Shown: positions 13,191-25,210 of the stretch, piece after piece
Position numbering within the stretch: the first letter of the stretch is position 1
How the letters are laid out: the number at the start of each line of letters is the position of its first letter
Source: an uncultured Hormoscilla sp.
Lineage (GTDB): Bacteria; Cyanobacteriota; Cyanobacteriia; Cyanobacteriales; Desertifilaceae
Direction: 5' to 3'
NCBI GenBank assembly: GCA_963921275.4
Contig: OZ001293.3
Location: 4,992,001 to 5,056,000, forward strand
DNA length: 64,000 nucleotides
The notes under the pieces: generated by a model
The model's input: the letters and a program-made list of their open reading frames with translations, nothing else
Told to the model about the DNA's origin: nothing
Databases searched by the model: none
Translations under genes and position numbers: made by a program

Positions 13191-13506
13191 GTGTCGAACG
13201 CAGTTTATCGGCCCTAACCCAATCTATTCTACTCACAGCCTTCCCACCTTGTCAACCCCGGCGGGTGTGGTCATGCGTCAGTTGGTTGTTGTTGCCCAAA
13301 CCCGCGAATGGTGGGTCGATATATCAGGAGTAGTGCGTAAAGTGCGAGCTGTCCCTGGGCTTTGTGTACATCTCACTTTGGCTGCGGGGAGGGTTTCATC
13401 AGTAGTCCAGAAACCCGGGTTTTACAGAAAACCGGGTTTCTTAATTTGATGATTGCAATTGAACGGGCAGGATGGTATGCTAATAATTGATGTGACACGG
13501 TGAGTT

Positions 13507-15273
13507 ATGGCAAGTAGAGAGAGTTTACGCCAATTGCTGCGAAATCTTGATAATCGCGGCTACAAAGCTTATAAAGAAATTCAGGGACGCTACCAGTTCC
13601 CGGAGTTTACCCTGATAATTGATTGGGTGCAAGCTGACCCCTTTGCTGCCCCGAGTCACTTACTGGTCCAGTTGCCTCATGCGATCGCGGGTTTCCCTCC
13701 TCAATTATATCAGACCCGATCGCGCCAAGTGGCCCTGCGCGATCGCCTCACCCGCGAGTTCGATCTGGTGGCACGGAATATTAGCGATACTGCTGCGCAG
13801 TCGCTGCGCGAAGGGCGAGGGACTGGCAACAGTGGTTTAATTAGCATTGCCAATACCGGGCAAGAAGTGATCGATCGCACGTCGGTGTTAATTACAGATA
13901 AATTTGTGGAGGTGCGGTTTTTTATGGGATTACCGGCCAGCGGTCGCCGGATTTTGGGCTATCAAGCTGTCCAGATGCTATGCGACGATCTGCCGGAAAT
14001 TGTGGACAAAGCTCTCAAATATGGTAATTTGAATCATAAGGAGATCGGGCGTCACGTGGAAACGGCGGAAGATGCTGATTGGCTGCGATCGCAGTTAACA
14101 TCACGAGGACTGGTTGCTTTTGTAGCAGATGGGGCGATTTTGCCCCGGCGGAGTGGGGTAGATCCGCGCCCTCTTGCTGCTGATGCTATCAGTTTCAAGT
14201 CACCAGATTCCCTGCGAGTTGAGTTTAATTGTCCCAATCGGGGTACGATTACCGGAATGGGGATCCCTGTGGGGATAACTTTAATCGTGGGTGGGGGCTA
14301 TCATGGCAAGTCTACCTTATTGAGAGCGATCGAATTAGGGGTTTACAATCACATCCCTGGTGATGGACGGGAGTTTGTGGTCACAAATTCGGCAGCGGTG
14401 AAAATTCGGGCTGAAGATGGACGCAGTGTGGCCGGGGTAGATATTTCGCCTTTTATCAATCATCTGCCCCAGTCCCGCCAAACAACAAATTTCTCTACTA
14501 CCAATGCTAGCGGGAGTACCTCACAAGCGGCCAATATTATTGAGGCTTTGGAAGCCGGTGCTGGGGTGCTGCTGGTGGATGAGGATACGGCGGCAACTAA
14601 TTTTATGATTCGCGATCGCCGGATGCAAGCCCTGATCGCTAAGGACAAAGAACCTATTACTCCCTTTATCGATAAGGTGGGTCAGTTGTCACGAGATGCA
14701 GGGGTGTCAACGATTATGGTAATGGGAGGTAGTGGGGATTATTTTGATGTGGCAGATACAGCGATCGCCATGGATAATTTTCAACCCCAGGAGGTGACGG
14801 CCCAGGCGAAGGCGATCGCGCGGGAATATGCGACCTCGCGGACGGCGGAAGGAGGTAAGTCCTTTGGCAAGATTACAGCCCGAGTGCCCTTATCGGAAAG
14901 TTTAGACCCTAGCATAGGGAATAAATCGGTGAAATTGAAAGTCCGAGATGTGGATGGGGTAGTGTTTGGCAATGAGAATATAGATTTGTCGGCGGTAGAA
15001 CAGATCGTAGAGGTGGGACAGTTGCGAGCGATCGCGGAGGCAATCGTATATGCTAAGGAGAAATATCTGGATGGAAAACATACGGTGGCCCAGATGCTAG
15101 ATGGGACGATCGCAGACATTTCCAAAGGTGGTTTGGATGTGCTGACGCGGTTTCCTACCCTGTCTCCTGGGAGCACTACCCAAAAGGCACGGCAAGGAGA
15201 TTTAGCGGAGTTCCGCCGCTTTGAGTTAGCTGCTGCTATTAACCGCCTGCGCACTCTGGAGGTCAAGTCTTAA
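13507..15273 (+). CDS. Predicted ABC-class ATPase (ABC_ATPase family), with apparent in-frame micro-insertions
   Basis: QADPFAAPS, GGGYHGKST, ASGSTSQA, LLVDEDTAATNFM, FELAAAINRLR. Confidence 0.9.
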   Translation: MASRESLRQLLRNLDNRGYKAYKEIQGRYQFPEFTLIIDWVQADPFAAPSHLLVQLPHAIAGFPPQLYQTRSRQVALRDRLTREFDLVARNISDTAAQSLREGRGTGNSGLISIANTGQEVIDRTSVLITDKFVEVRFFMGLPASGRRILGYQAVQMLCDDLPEIVDKALKYGNLNHKEIGRHVETAEDADWLRSQLTSRGLVAFVADGAILPRRSGVDPRPLAADAISFKSPDSLRVEFNCPNRGTITGMGIPVGITLIVGGGYHGKSTLLRAIELGVYNHIPGDGREFVVTNSAAVKIRAEDGRSVAGVDISPFINHLPQSRQTTNFSTTNASGSTSQAANIIEALEAGAGVLLVDEDTAATNFMIRDRRMQALIAKDKEPITPFIDKVGQLSRDAGVSTIMVMGGSGDYFDVADTAIAMDNFQPQEVTAQAKAIAREYATSRTAEGGKSFGKITARVPLSESLDPSIGNKSVKLKVRDVDGVVFGNENIDLSAVEQIVEVGQLRAIAEAIVYAKEKYLDGKHTVAQMLDGTIADISKGGLDVLTRFPTLSPGSTTQKARQGDLAEFRRFELAAAINRLRTLEVKS

Positions 15274-15287
15274 GGATCCTGGGAGGG

Positions 15288-15590
15288 GCGATCGCCTCAG
15301 TTTGGGCAGCCAACTGATAAGTTTCCCGGTGCAGCACCGCAGTTTTAGCAGGGTCGGGATAGCCAACACCCATGCCAAAAGTAGCAAATACCAAAGGAGG
15401 CAAACCCAGTAGGGCCGCCACCTCCTCTATACACCATTCCCAAACCCTTCGACATGGCCAGTTCTGACAACTTCGCCTTCCGTTCTGCATCTTCTACAGC
15501 TACCACACTCCAAGTCTGAAGATTAGATGAACTAGATGCAGATTGAGCCGCTGCTACCATTAATTCTCGAGTTTGGGGCGGCAAGCGATT
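15288..15590 (-). pseudogene. NfsA-like nitroreductase remnant
   Basis: AAQSASSSSNLQTWSVVAV and LLGLPPLVFATFGMGVGYP in different frames with deletions. Confidence 0.75.
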
Positions 15591-15942
15591 GAACGGGCAG
15601 ATAAGTAGTATGACAAAATTAATTACACATAATTGATGGGCTCAAACCAGATACTGCAAGAAAGTAATGTGTAAATATTTCTGTCCATGTACTTAAGCCC
15701 GGATCGATCTATGTGTCAGAATTGTCTTCAGGCACTCATTCCACTCATACTCTAGCTCAAACGGCTTTGTCCCGTAGCGCGATCGCTGCGCGAAAAATCG
15801 GAGTAGTTCAGTTAAGTTAGTCATAGGTATCACCTTGTCAGGTGGGCGATGCCCACCCACCCTACTATATCACATATAGCTATAGCGAGTTGAAATTATC
15901 CGATTTTTACCGAACGGTAAGCTATGTATCATTTGGCAAAAC

Positions 15943-16798
15943 CTAAAAAGGCTGATTGTTACTTTCCCATGTTATCATATCTAAATATAGTCGCGTTTTC
16001 TGAAAATACACTTCCTCGTAAGCAAGTCGTAAATTCTGTTCCAGACTATGGGGTTCAACATCAGCAGCTTTATTGGAACCAATTGCTTTCCGTAAGCCAA
16101 GAGACAGAATTTCTACTAAGTGGTGACCGCAGCAGACTTGCCAGCGATCGTGACTGTTGCTTCTTTTGTTCGTTAGTCGTTGTTGCAGTTCTTCGTCTTT
16201 CAAGGATAAGGCTTGGGATTTATTCTTAACTTCTCGAATTAGCTTTAATTCATCAATTTGCAGGGTTCGATCGTCAACGAAATTGCTGAATTTTATCCCA
16301 TCAAAGGTCAGATTTAATCCATCACACTGAGAAACCCAAAGCAGATAACCAACCCACATCCCCGCTTCAAGTAATGCTGTTCTCACATCTCGATTAAACT
16401 TAGCAATTTTCTCCTGGGATCCGAATTCAGTAATCACCTTATCGAGGGCGGGCGAGTCTAACAGCATGGTTTCCAAGTCATGACTGTCTGTATACAGTAG
16501 GTTAAGACTGTTAGGTGGTGAAGTTTCCAAACGATCGAAATCAGCATCAACAATTGCCAAAACTCCCTGAAAGCTTGATTTCTCTAAAATTTCCAGAACG
16601 GCAATAACACGTAGCTTGCTAGAAGGTTTTCCCGAAACACAGACCAATTGACAAGCATGCTCGTCAACAAAGCGCTGGTAGAAAATTTTGTCTAAACTAC
16701 CTTCTACCAACAATAAAGTCCCTGAAAAAGTGCTTCTTCATAATCTGATGTAATCTGATTTTGTTCGCATCACGGTCATCCGAAAGAAATTCTCTCAC
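15943..16798 (-). pseudogene. DUF4435-like TOPRIM protein (PARIS AriB-like), 5' end disrupted
   Basis: GTG start overlapping the ATPase stop at 16798; 10-nt duplication at 16741-16760 plus a stop break the frame; LVEG..D and IVDADFD motifs; TDSHDLETML. Confidence 0.7.
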
Positions 16799-18165
16799 TT
16801 TTTTGGTCCTTTCAGTTCAACAGTCAAATCCCAGCGGTCTTGAATAATATCTGGAGAATGGGTTGCCATGAGAATATCTAAGTTTGCCAGCTTTGTTATT
16901 TCTTGTAAATCCCTTAAAAACTCAACCTGCCATCCTACGTGAAGAGATAGTTCTGGTTCATTAATCAAGACTAGGGAGTCAGGTTTAACCTTAAATAGTA
17001 GTTCATAGAAAAGAACCAACTCATGTTGTTCGCCCGATGATAAATCAGTTGGCGAAAGTTCTTTAGGATCGGAGGGTGAGGAGGGATGATAACAGCTTGT
17101 TAAAACAAATTCTTTCTTCTTGCTAAAATTCATCTCTTTATAGGAATAAGCAATTTTTTTGTTAATTATTCTCCTTAACAACTCAAGTCTTTTTTCTATG
17201 TCACTAAAAACATTCAATTTGTTTTTCATATCCTCAAGATATACTAATAATATCTTTCTGGTCGTTTCATCTATAGCTTCAGGCTGGAACTGAAAGTCTC
17301 GGTTTTCATCCTTATTCAATAGACCCACTTCTATCAGGAGATCGCGCGTCTTATCAAGTTCATTTAGTTGATGACGAAGTTCTTCATTTGTCCAATTTTT
17401 TGATGACTGCTGCTTTACCACTCTTACTGGAAACGTTCTATCAAGAGATTGAGATATTGTACCATATTCAGTAAACTTGTCTCGCATAAGTTTTGCGATC
17501 TGTTTAGAATATGCCAACACAGTTGGCAACATCGAACCTGTTGCATTATAGGATTGGGAAGAACGATTACGAACAAAGTTGACCAGGCGTTGTGTTTTTA
17601 TGAGACGAACATCAATCTCTCTCTTCAGATTTTTTAGCCACTCAGGTTCCTTTTCTAACCTTGTCATCTCTGGGGGCAGGGGCAAGAAATCTTCAAAACG
17701 ATCTAGTACATCTGCTAAAGAAAGAATCTCTCCAGTGGTCCTATCCCTCCATTTTCTAGTACCTACTCGGAAAAGCGTAGGTTTTATATCCTCCAAAAGA
17801 TATTCCAAAGTATCAAGTTCATAAGCATCCATTCTCCTCGTCTTTGGACTAAAATCAACCGTCTTTGAATCTGTCTCGAATTTAAAATTTATATTATTTT
17901 TCTTATCTGGATTTTCTCTGTTGTTAGATATGTTGGCTATCTCAACACTACTACCATTATCAAACTCAACTCTGAACTTGCTAAATGGAATATTCCGAAA
18001 CACTGAGTATCGGGATTTAAAAAATCCATCGATCATCTTCAGTATTACTGTTTTCCCAAAGCCATTCGGACCATGCATGATAGTGACCCGATCGTCCATA
18101 TTTAACGGAATCACATGGTCAAAAATTTCAAATAAGCCGCTGACTGAAATTTGCTGAATTCGCAT
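16795..18165 (-). CDS. ABC/AAA_21-type ATPase (AriA-like); Walker B reads INEPE
   Basis: HGPNGFGKT, LSSGEQHELVL, INEPELSLH, ATHSP; likely start MRIQQI at 18165. Confidence 0.85.
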   Translation of the reverse strand: MRIQQISVSGLFEIFDHVIPLNMDDRVTIMHGPNGFGKTVILKMIDGFFKSRYSVFRNIPFSKFRVEFDNGSSVEIANISNNRENPDKKNNINFKFETDSKTVDFSPKTRRMDAYELDTLEYLLEDIKPTLFRVGTRKWRDRTTGEILSLADVLDRFEDFLPLPPEMTRLEKEPEWLKNLKREIDVRLIKTQRLVNFVRNRSSQSYNATGSMLPTVLAYSKQIAKLMRDKFTEYGTISQSLDRTFPVRVVKQQSSKNWTNEELRHQLNELDKTRDLLIEVGLLNKDENRDFQFQPEAIDETTRKILLVYLEDMKNKLNVFSDIEKRLELLRRIINKKIAYSYKEMNFSKKKEFVLTSCYHPSSPSDPKELSPTDLSSGEQHELVLFYELLFKVKPDSLVLINEPELSLHVGWQVEFLRDLQEITKLANLDILMATHSPDIIQDRWDLTVELKGPKK

Positions 18166-18264
18166 AGTCCTCGATCTCCATAATGGTAGGGCAAGGTGGG
18201 CGATGCCCACCCTACTTTATCCTGCGACCGCCTCATAAGGTGGTGGGCGATGCCCACCCTACAG

Positions 18265-19944
18265 TTATACGGCTGCGATTTTTCGGACCGTCCGCGGGCC
18301 GATCGCCTCAACCGCTTGTTCGTATTGAGGATGCAGGCGATCGCCCGTTTGCTGGGTCGTATACAAGCGATTCAGGGCATTGACATAAGCCTGGGCGGAA
18401 GCTACGATTATATCCGTATGGGCAGCATGACCGGAAAACACTTGTTCTTCATGCTTCAATCGGATCGTTACTTCTCCGATCGCATCTATACCCGCCGTCA
18501 CCGACTGCACTGAAAACTCAATCAACTGATTCGGCACATTTACCACGCGGTTAATCGCCTTGTAAATCGCATCTACAGGACCAGTCCCGATCGCTGCATC
18601 TGTAAGTTCCTCCCCTGCGGGGGTGCGGACAGTGACAGTGGCCGTCGGATGGGAATGGTCGCCGCAGGAAACCTGCACCAAATTCAAGCGGAACATTTCC
18701 GGGACTTGCTGGAATTCATTATTAACGATCGCCTCCAAATCCCAGTCAGTAATTTCCTTCTTCTTATCCGCCAAAATTTTGAACTTGAGAAACGCATGAT
18801 TAACATCCGTCTCCGAAAGTTCAAATCCCAATTCCCGCAAGCGAGTGCCAAAAGCATTCCGACCCGAATGCTTGCCCAGGATAATCTGATTATCATTCAA
18901 ACCGATCGACTGAGCATCCATAATCTCATAAGTCAGCTTATGCTTGAGCACCCCATCTTGGTGGATACCCGACTCGTGGGCAAAAGCATTCGCCCCCACG
19001 ATCGCCTTATTTGGTTGCACCAGCATCCCCGTCAGGTTAGAAACCAAGCGAGAAGTCTTGTAAATTTCCCGGGTATTAATCTGAGTCAGGGGTTCCGCAG
19101 ACTCGGCTGGGCGTCCAAAGAAAGGATTATAATAGGAACGCCGCACGTGCAAAGCCATCACCAACTCTTCCAGGGCGGCATTTCCGGCCCGTTCTCCAAT
19201 CCCATTAATCGTGCATTCCAACTGTCGGACCCCATTTTCCACCGCCGCCAAGAAATTGGCCACCGCCAAGCCCAAATCATTGTGACCGTGGACCGAAATT
19301 ATCGCCCGATCGATATTCGGGACATTTTCTCTTATCCCTCTAATCAAACCCCCAAACTCCCCAGGGGTAGTATAGCCCACAGTATCCGGGATATTCACCG
19401 TCGTTGCCCCAGCCGCGATCGCCCTTTCGAGAACCTCATACAGAAATTCTGGGTCCGATCGGCCCGCATCTTCCGGAGAGAATTCCACATCCTCCACAAA
19501 GGACTTAGCATATGCTACCATTTCTGAAGTAATTGCCAACACCTCAGCCCTTGACTTTCTCAGCTTATACTGCAAGTGGATGTCAGAGGTCGCAATAAAC
19601 GTATGAATGCGGGGGCGTGCCGCAGGTTTTACCGCCTCACCAGCAGCCTTAATATCTTGCTCCGTAGCTCTGGCCAACCCGCAGATCGTCGGGCCATCGG
19701 GAGTCCCCACCTGGGAGGCAATCCTTTGCACCGCTGCAAAATCCCCTTTACTGGCATAAGGGAAGCCTGCCTCAATCACATCCACACCCAGTCGTGCCAG
19801 TTGCCGGGCGATCGCCAGCTTCTCATCCACATTCAGAGTGGCCCCGGGACATTGTTCTCCATCCCGGAGGGTCGTATCGAAGATAATGATGCGGTCTGCC
19901 ATGGAGTCAATTTTACTTTTCATTCTATCACAACAAGTTAACAT
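18265..19944 (-). CDS. leuA: 2-isopropylmalate synthase
   Basis: [36 protein letters not shown] and C-terminal regulatory domain. Confidence 0.97.
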   Translation of the reverse strand: MLTCCDRMKSKIDSMADRIIIFDTTLRDGEQCPGATLNVDEKLAIARQLARLGVDVIEAGFPYASKGDFAAVQRIASQVGTPDGPTICGLARATEQDIKAAGEAVKPAARPRIHTFIATSDIHLQYKLRKSRAEVLAITSEMVAYAKSFVEDVEFSPEDAGRSDPEFLYEVLERAIAAGATTVNIPDTVGYTTPGEFGGLIRGIRENVPNIDRAIISVHGHNDLGLAVANFLAAVENGVRQLECTINGIGERAGNAALEELVMALHVRRSYYNPFFGRPAESAEPLTQINTREIYKTSRLVSNLTGMLVQPNKAIVGANAFAHESGIHQDGVLKHKLTYEIMDAQSIGLNDNQIILGKHSGRNAFGTRLRELGFELSETDVNHAFLKFKILADKKKEITDWDLEAIVNNEFQQVPEMFRLNLVQVSCGDHSHPTATVTVRTPAGEELTDAAIGTGPVDAIYKAINRVVNVPNQLIEFSVQSVTAGIDAIGEVTIRLKHEEQVFSGHAAHTDIIVASAQAYVNALNRLYTTQQTGDRLHPQYEQAVEAIGPRTVRKIAAV

Positions 19945-20022
19945 GGGAAGTAGATAAGATTATTGTAACTCCTACATTGACTTTGATGAAATATACTACC
20001 CTGCTAGGCGCTGCCAGCAGTA

Positions 20023-21069
20023 GTGCCGCAGCATCTGGAGATCGCCCTCGAAATCTACGCGATCGTGGTAGTCGGACTGCTGATAGTCAAAGCCCAGAAG
20101 CCGATCGTCGATAGCTTAGATGCCCTCAGCGAGAAATATGCTAGCAATGAGATCCTACTCCAGTTATACGCACAACTAAGACCCCTTGTCCCCTTGCTCA
20201 AGCGATGTCTGGAGTACGCGATCTATGCCCAAATGCTGGCCCTGGCGATCGAGCGGGTGGAGCCCTTCGCCTTCTTGGCCACCTACGGCCCGATCGCAGT
20301 CAAGCTCATCGGCATCCTTTTCCTCAGCCGCGTCTCCATCGAAGTCACTAAACTGGCGATCTCCGAGATGCTGCTCCACGACCTGGATATGACTGACTTC
20401 CAGAGACGGCAGACCTTCGTCCCGCTAGTCGAGAGTTTCCTGAAATACCTGATTTACTTCGGTGCGGGCATCGTCATCCTTTATACCATCAATGTCGATC
20501 CTGCTCCCATCCTCGCTGGTGCGGGCATCGTCGGTTTGGCAGTCGGTTTGGGTACCCAGAACCTGCTCAACGATCTGGTTTGTGGATTCTTTATCCTCTT
20601 TGAAAACTACTACTTGGTAGGAGACTATATCAACCTTGGGGAAGTTGAGGGCACTGTCGAAGCGATCGAACTGAGAACCACCCGCATCCGACATCAGAAC
20701 GGTCAACTGTGCATTATTCGGAACGGGAAAATTAACAATGTGATTAACTACTCTAAGGATTATGTTTACGCTGAAGTCACAGTTGGTGTGGTTTATGATG
20801 AGCAGCTCGATCTCGTCTACAAAATTATTGAGTCGATCGGATTGCTGTTAAAAGAGAATAACCCAAACGTGCTCGAACCTACTATAGTGGAGGGACTCGA
20901 AGAGTTCGGAAATTTTCATTTGTTAGTCCGCACCATCACCAAGGTAAAGCCCGGAAAGCACCTCCAGATCCAGCGACGGATCCGTCAGATGATTAAAGAA
21001 GCCTTTGAACGGGAGGGGATTCAAATTCCCTTTGGCCAGCGCGTGTGGCTTTTGAAGAATAAAAAATAG
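20023..21069 (+). CDS. MscS-family mechanosensitive channel (N-terminally truncated paralog)
   Basis: LAGAGIVGLAVGLG, GFFILFE, VGDYI, GTVEAIELRTTRIR; lacks the N-terminal part present in the next paralog. Confidence 0.75.
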   Translation: MPQHLEIALEIYAIVVVGLLIVKAQKPIVDSLDALSEKYASNEILLQLYAQLRPLVPLLKRCLEYAIYAQMLALAIERVEPFAFLATYGPIAVKLIGILFLSRVSIEVTKLAISEMLLHDLDMTDFQRRQTFVPLVESFLKYLIYFGAGIVILYTINVDPAPILAGAGIVGLAVGLGTQNLLNDLVCGFFILFENYYLVGDYINLGEVEGTVEAIELRTTRIRHQNGQLCIIRNGKINNVINYSKDYVYAEVTVGVVYDEQLDLVYKIIESIGLLLKENNPNVLEPTIVEGLEEFGNFHLLVRTITKVKPGKHLQIQRRIRQMIKEAFEREGIQIPFGQRVWLLKNKK

Positions 21070-21278
21070 AGCGATCGCTCTTAATTTTAGCGACCTCGGA
21101 GTCAGGGGCATCTTCTTGAGGATAAAGACTTGCGGTTTATTAATGTATTCTGTGCTATTTCTTGAGTACAGCTTGTTTGACTGGTACTTGATTGTTACGG
21201 AAGTCCCATAACTCGGAAAAAGAACAAAAATCAAATGGTATAGTATCATAACAATTGCATTTAATGGGGTAGACTAGT

Positions 21279-22896
21279 ATGCCAGACTGGAACCTCTTAA
21301 TTATCAACATCTTAACGCTCTTGGCTGAAGTCAGCCTCATCATCATTGTTTTGTATCTGCTTAACTGGGTCAGTAGCAAACTCCTCAAGCAGATGGGCAA
21401 GATTTCTCAGCTCAATTTGGGGAACAATGCCAAGAGTCTGCATGGAAAAATCAAGAAGACTTCGATCCTCATTGGTTTAGTGCTATGCGTCCTCGTGGTG
21501 GGTGCCAATGGCTGGCCGATCTATCAAGGGGAAAATATTCAGGAATACACCATCGCCTTGATGGGCCGACTGCCAGCTTCATTCTGGGTAAACCTAGGTA
21601 CTATAGTCGCCAAAAGCATTGTCACAGTGACTTTGGCTGCTGTCTCTATCCGACCTCTACACAGTTTATTAGACGATGGGAAGGTCCGCGCCCAACAATT
21701 GAATGACATTACTGCCAACGATTTCCCCATTGAAATCTGGTTTGACTTCCTGAAAAAACATCTGACTAACTGCATCTGGCTGTTGGTAGTGTTGGGGTGT
21801 AGCCAGTTTCTGGGACTGCCCGCAATAGTAGTTCAATATCTGTCCATTTTTCTGAAGATCTACGCGATCGTTGCTGCCGGGTTGCTCGCAGTCAAGGCCC
21901 AGGACCCGATCGTCGACAGCTTAGAGGCCCTCAGTAATAAATACGCCAGTTCTGACAGCCTGCTGCGGTTCTACTCCGATCTCAGACACCTAGTTCTCTT
22001 ACTAAAACGATGTCTGGAATATGCCATCTATGCTTCAATGGCGACCCTGGCGATCGAGCAGGTGGAGCCGATCGCTTTTTTAGCAGCCGTAGGCCAGATC
22101 GCCGTCAAGATCACCGGCATCATTTTCCTGTCCCGTGTCTTCATCCAGGTGGGTAACCTGGCAGTCTCCGAATTACTCCTTCATAACCAGGTTCTAACTG
22201 AAACACAGAGACAGAAACGCCTGACCATCATCCCGCTGATCCAGAGTGCTCTCAAATACCTGATCTACTTTGGTGCTGGACTTTGGTGCTGGGATTGGCA
22301 TGCTCAAAACAATCAACATCGATCCTACTCCCATCCTTGCCGGTGCTGGCATCATCGGTCTAGCTGTCGGTTTGGGGACCCAAAACCTGGTCAACGATCT
22401 GGTTTCTGGTTTCTTTATTCTGTTTGACAACTACTATTTAGTGGGTGACGAGGTGGAAATTGACGATATTGAGGGGGAGGTGGAGGCGATCGACCTGAGA
22501 ACTACTCGCATTCGCCATGACGATGGTCAACTCTGCATTCTCCGCAACGGCGAGATCAATAACGTCATCAACTACTCCAAAGAGTATGTCTATGCGGTAG
22601 TGGAAGTTGGCGTCGCCTATGACTCCAATTTAGATCGTGTCTACCAAGTTATTCAGGCGATCGGAAAGCAGTTAAAAGAAAAATACTCCGAAGTGTTAGA
22701 ACCCACCCATGTGGATGGGTTAGAGAGTTTCCGGGAGTATGACCTGTTGATCCGCACTATCACCAAGGTCAAACCCGGAACCCACGAATAGATCCAGCGC
22801 ATCCTTCGCAAGATGATTAAGGAAACCTTTGACCAAGAGGGGATTGAAATTCCCTTTGCCCGTCACCTCTTACTTTTTCAGGATAAAGAAGAATAG
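21279..22896 (+). pseudogene. MscS-family channel, frameshifted and with internal stop
   Basis: 13-nt duplication near 22268-22292 shifts the frame; TAG at 22789-22791; homologous tail ends at 22896. Confidence 0.85.
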
Positions 22897-22989
22897 ATAG
22901 TTAATGGTTGGCCGTGTACTGAGAAACTGGGTTTCTCGATCCCTGTTCTGGTTTATTTATACCTGCCTACTTATCAACTATCAACCATC

Positions 22990-23508
22990 TTAAAATTCAA
23001 CTTTTTCGATAGTATTCCGAATGTCGTTCAAATCAATGTACCGGTCGGTAGCATTGCGTAACTCTCTGGCGATCATCCCCTCTGTTGACACCACAGTAAT
23101 GTGAGTGTTCTTAGATCGTAATAGTTCAATTGCCCGTTCAAAATCTCCATCCCCGCTGAACAGTATCACTCGGTCATACTGTTCTACCGTATTAAACATA
23201 TCGATCACGATTTCGATGTCTAAATTAGCCTTTTGAGAGAAGCGACCTGAACTGTCATCATAATACTCTTTGAGGATTTTCGTCCGCACAGTGTAACCCA
23301 GGCTAATCAATGCATCTCGAAATCCCCTTTGGTCTTGAGTATCTTTTATTCCCGTGTACCAAAAGGCATTAACTAAATCTACTGTTGGATCTGATGTGAA
23401 ATATTGCAGCACTCGCTTCGGGTCGAAAAACCAGCCATTTTTTTGCTGGGCATAGAACATATTGTTCCCGTCTACAAATATAGAAACACGGTTCTTCAAT
23501 GATACCAT
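22990..23508 (-). CDS. LabA/DUF88-family NYN domain protein
   Basis: IFVDGNNMFYAQ, KANLDIEIVIDM, FSGDGDF. Confidence 0.92.
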   Translation of the reverse strand: MVSLKNRVSIFVDGNNMFYAQQKNGWFFDPKRVLQYFTSDPTVDLVNAFWYTGIKDTQDQRGFRDALISLGYTVRTKILKEYYDDSSGRFSQKANLDIEIVIDMFNTVEQYDRVILFSGDGDFERAIELLRSKNTHITVVSTEGMIARELRNATDRYIDLNDIRNTIEKVEF

Positions 23509-23777
23509 AGTAGGTGTAACCTAAACTTTCGATGTTGATAACTTAAACAGAGCAATCAAGTACACTTGTGGAGGACAAGTTGCTAGACAAAGTGCGTGAC
23601 CGAGTCGCGCCGATCTCCAAATATCCTATGATTTCCCAAGTGAGAGTTGCTTTTCTTACCAGATTGGTTGACTCAGACTCTAAATTTATATAGCAGCTAA
23701 TGCAAGTCTTCACTGCCTGCTGAAATCCTATGGGGTACTAAGGTTGCGTAACTATTGCTATCTACATTACAAGGAAG

Positions 23778-24260
23778 TTAATATCTTAAACTAAATCTAT
23801 AGCTGAGGAAATCAGCAGTCGGAGGTAAGGGCAGTCGGCTGCTCTTACCTGGGCTTTTTTGTCTATTACGACATAAATTTAGGAGTTCTGTGAGAGCGCG
23901 GTCGATAATTGCGCTACTCCCGTGCGAGTCAGGAAGTTCGGCAATTTCTTCCATCAATAGAGCGATCGCCCTCAAGGTCGGCTGATTAGTTTCGTCCTTC
24001 GAGACCCCGAGGGCTTCCAACTTAGACGCTAATTCATTTGGGTTGGGCAAGGGGTGACGTCCTCCATGATTGCTGACTGGGCTAGATAAATCTTTGTTTA
24101 AGTCCAGATAGTAGGCACCGGGAATATGACCAGTCTCATACTGCTTTTGTCCCTCATCTGGGTCTGCTAGGGAAAAACGACAATCTATAATTACTACCTG
24201 GGGATCTTCTAGATGTTCCTTGAGCCAAGCAGCAGAAACAATTTCATCAGTCTCAATCAT
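23778..24260 (-). pseudogene. Truncated rhodanese/sulfurtransferase fused to unrelated sequence at a HIP1 site
   Basis: VSAAWL, IIDCRFSL, GHIPGA, GGRHPLP; homology ends near 23965 at GCGATCGC. Confidence 0.75.
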
Positions 24261-25210
24261 TTGTCAATATCTAGATGTAAGAGCGATCGCTTTATACCAC
24301 AACCAACGGCTGATGGGTCGTTTACCTTCTTCTGTGAGGAGTTTGACGAGTTTTTTCTTGTCTTAGCTGGGGCGCGTCAAGAAGCGATACAGAAGTTTGT
24401 AGTGCCCACCCGGCTGATAGCAGTAGCCAGACAACCAAAAGTGCGGTTGTTAGATATTTGTTATGGTCTGGGCTATAATACCGCCGCAGCTTTAGAGCAG
24501 ATTTGGACAGTTAATCGGAACTGCCTAGTGGAATGGGTGGGACTGGAGTTAAATCCAACTGTACCCCAAAGAGCGATCGACCATCATCTTCTCGATAGCT
24601 GGCAGTCCCCCATCCCGGAATTGCTCGCCCAGCTAGCCACCACTCACCTGTTGCAAACAGAACGCTCTCCAGCTCAGTTGCATATCGCCGATGCCCGCCA
24701 AACCATTGTACAAGTTTACAACAGGGGCTTCCGATTTTTCCAGAACGGTGCCGATGCCATTTTTCTCGACCCCTTTTCCCCGCCCCACTGTCCTGGACTT
24801 TGGACTGTGGAGTTTCTGGATCTGGTGGCCAAATGTCTGGGGGCCTAGGAGCAAGCTTGCCACCTATTCAAGTGCCGCAGCAGTCAGAAAGGCGCTGCTG
24901 TTGGCCGGGTTAAAGATTGGTTCGGTCCCGCCGGTAGGCAGGCGATCGTCCAGTACCGTTGCCAGCAGGATCGATAAGCATCTGCCCCCACTATCACCTC
25001 AAGAACGGCGCCTTCCGCGTGCTCTTGTCCTGAAGGACGCGGCAACGCTCCAGGCACCGCGAGAACATTTGCTTACCCGTGCCGCTATTCCCTACCGAGA
25101 CCCCAACCTGAGTGACAGTGCAGAGGTCATTATACAGCGACAGCGAAGCGTGTAGGGAACAGGAAGCATCTACCCTAGAGATCACCACTCAATGGCGAAA
25201 ACGTTGGTTA
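24260..25210 (+). pseudogene. MnmC/MnmD-like SAM methyltransferase, disrupted
   Basis: TADGSFTF, LDICYGLGYN, DAIFLDPFSP, LATYS..AAVR, AAIPYRDP; frameshift near 24845, stop near 25153, two foreign inserts. Confidence 0.8.
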
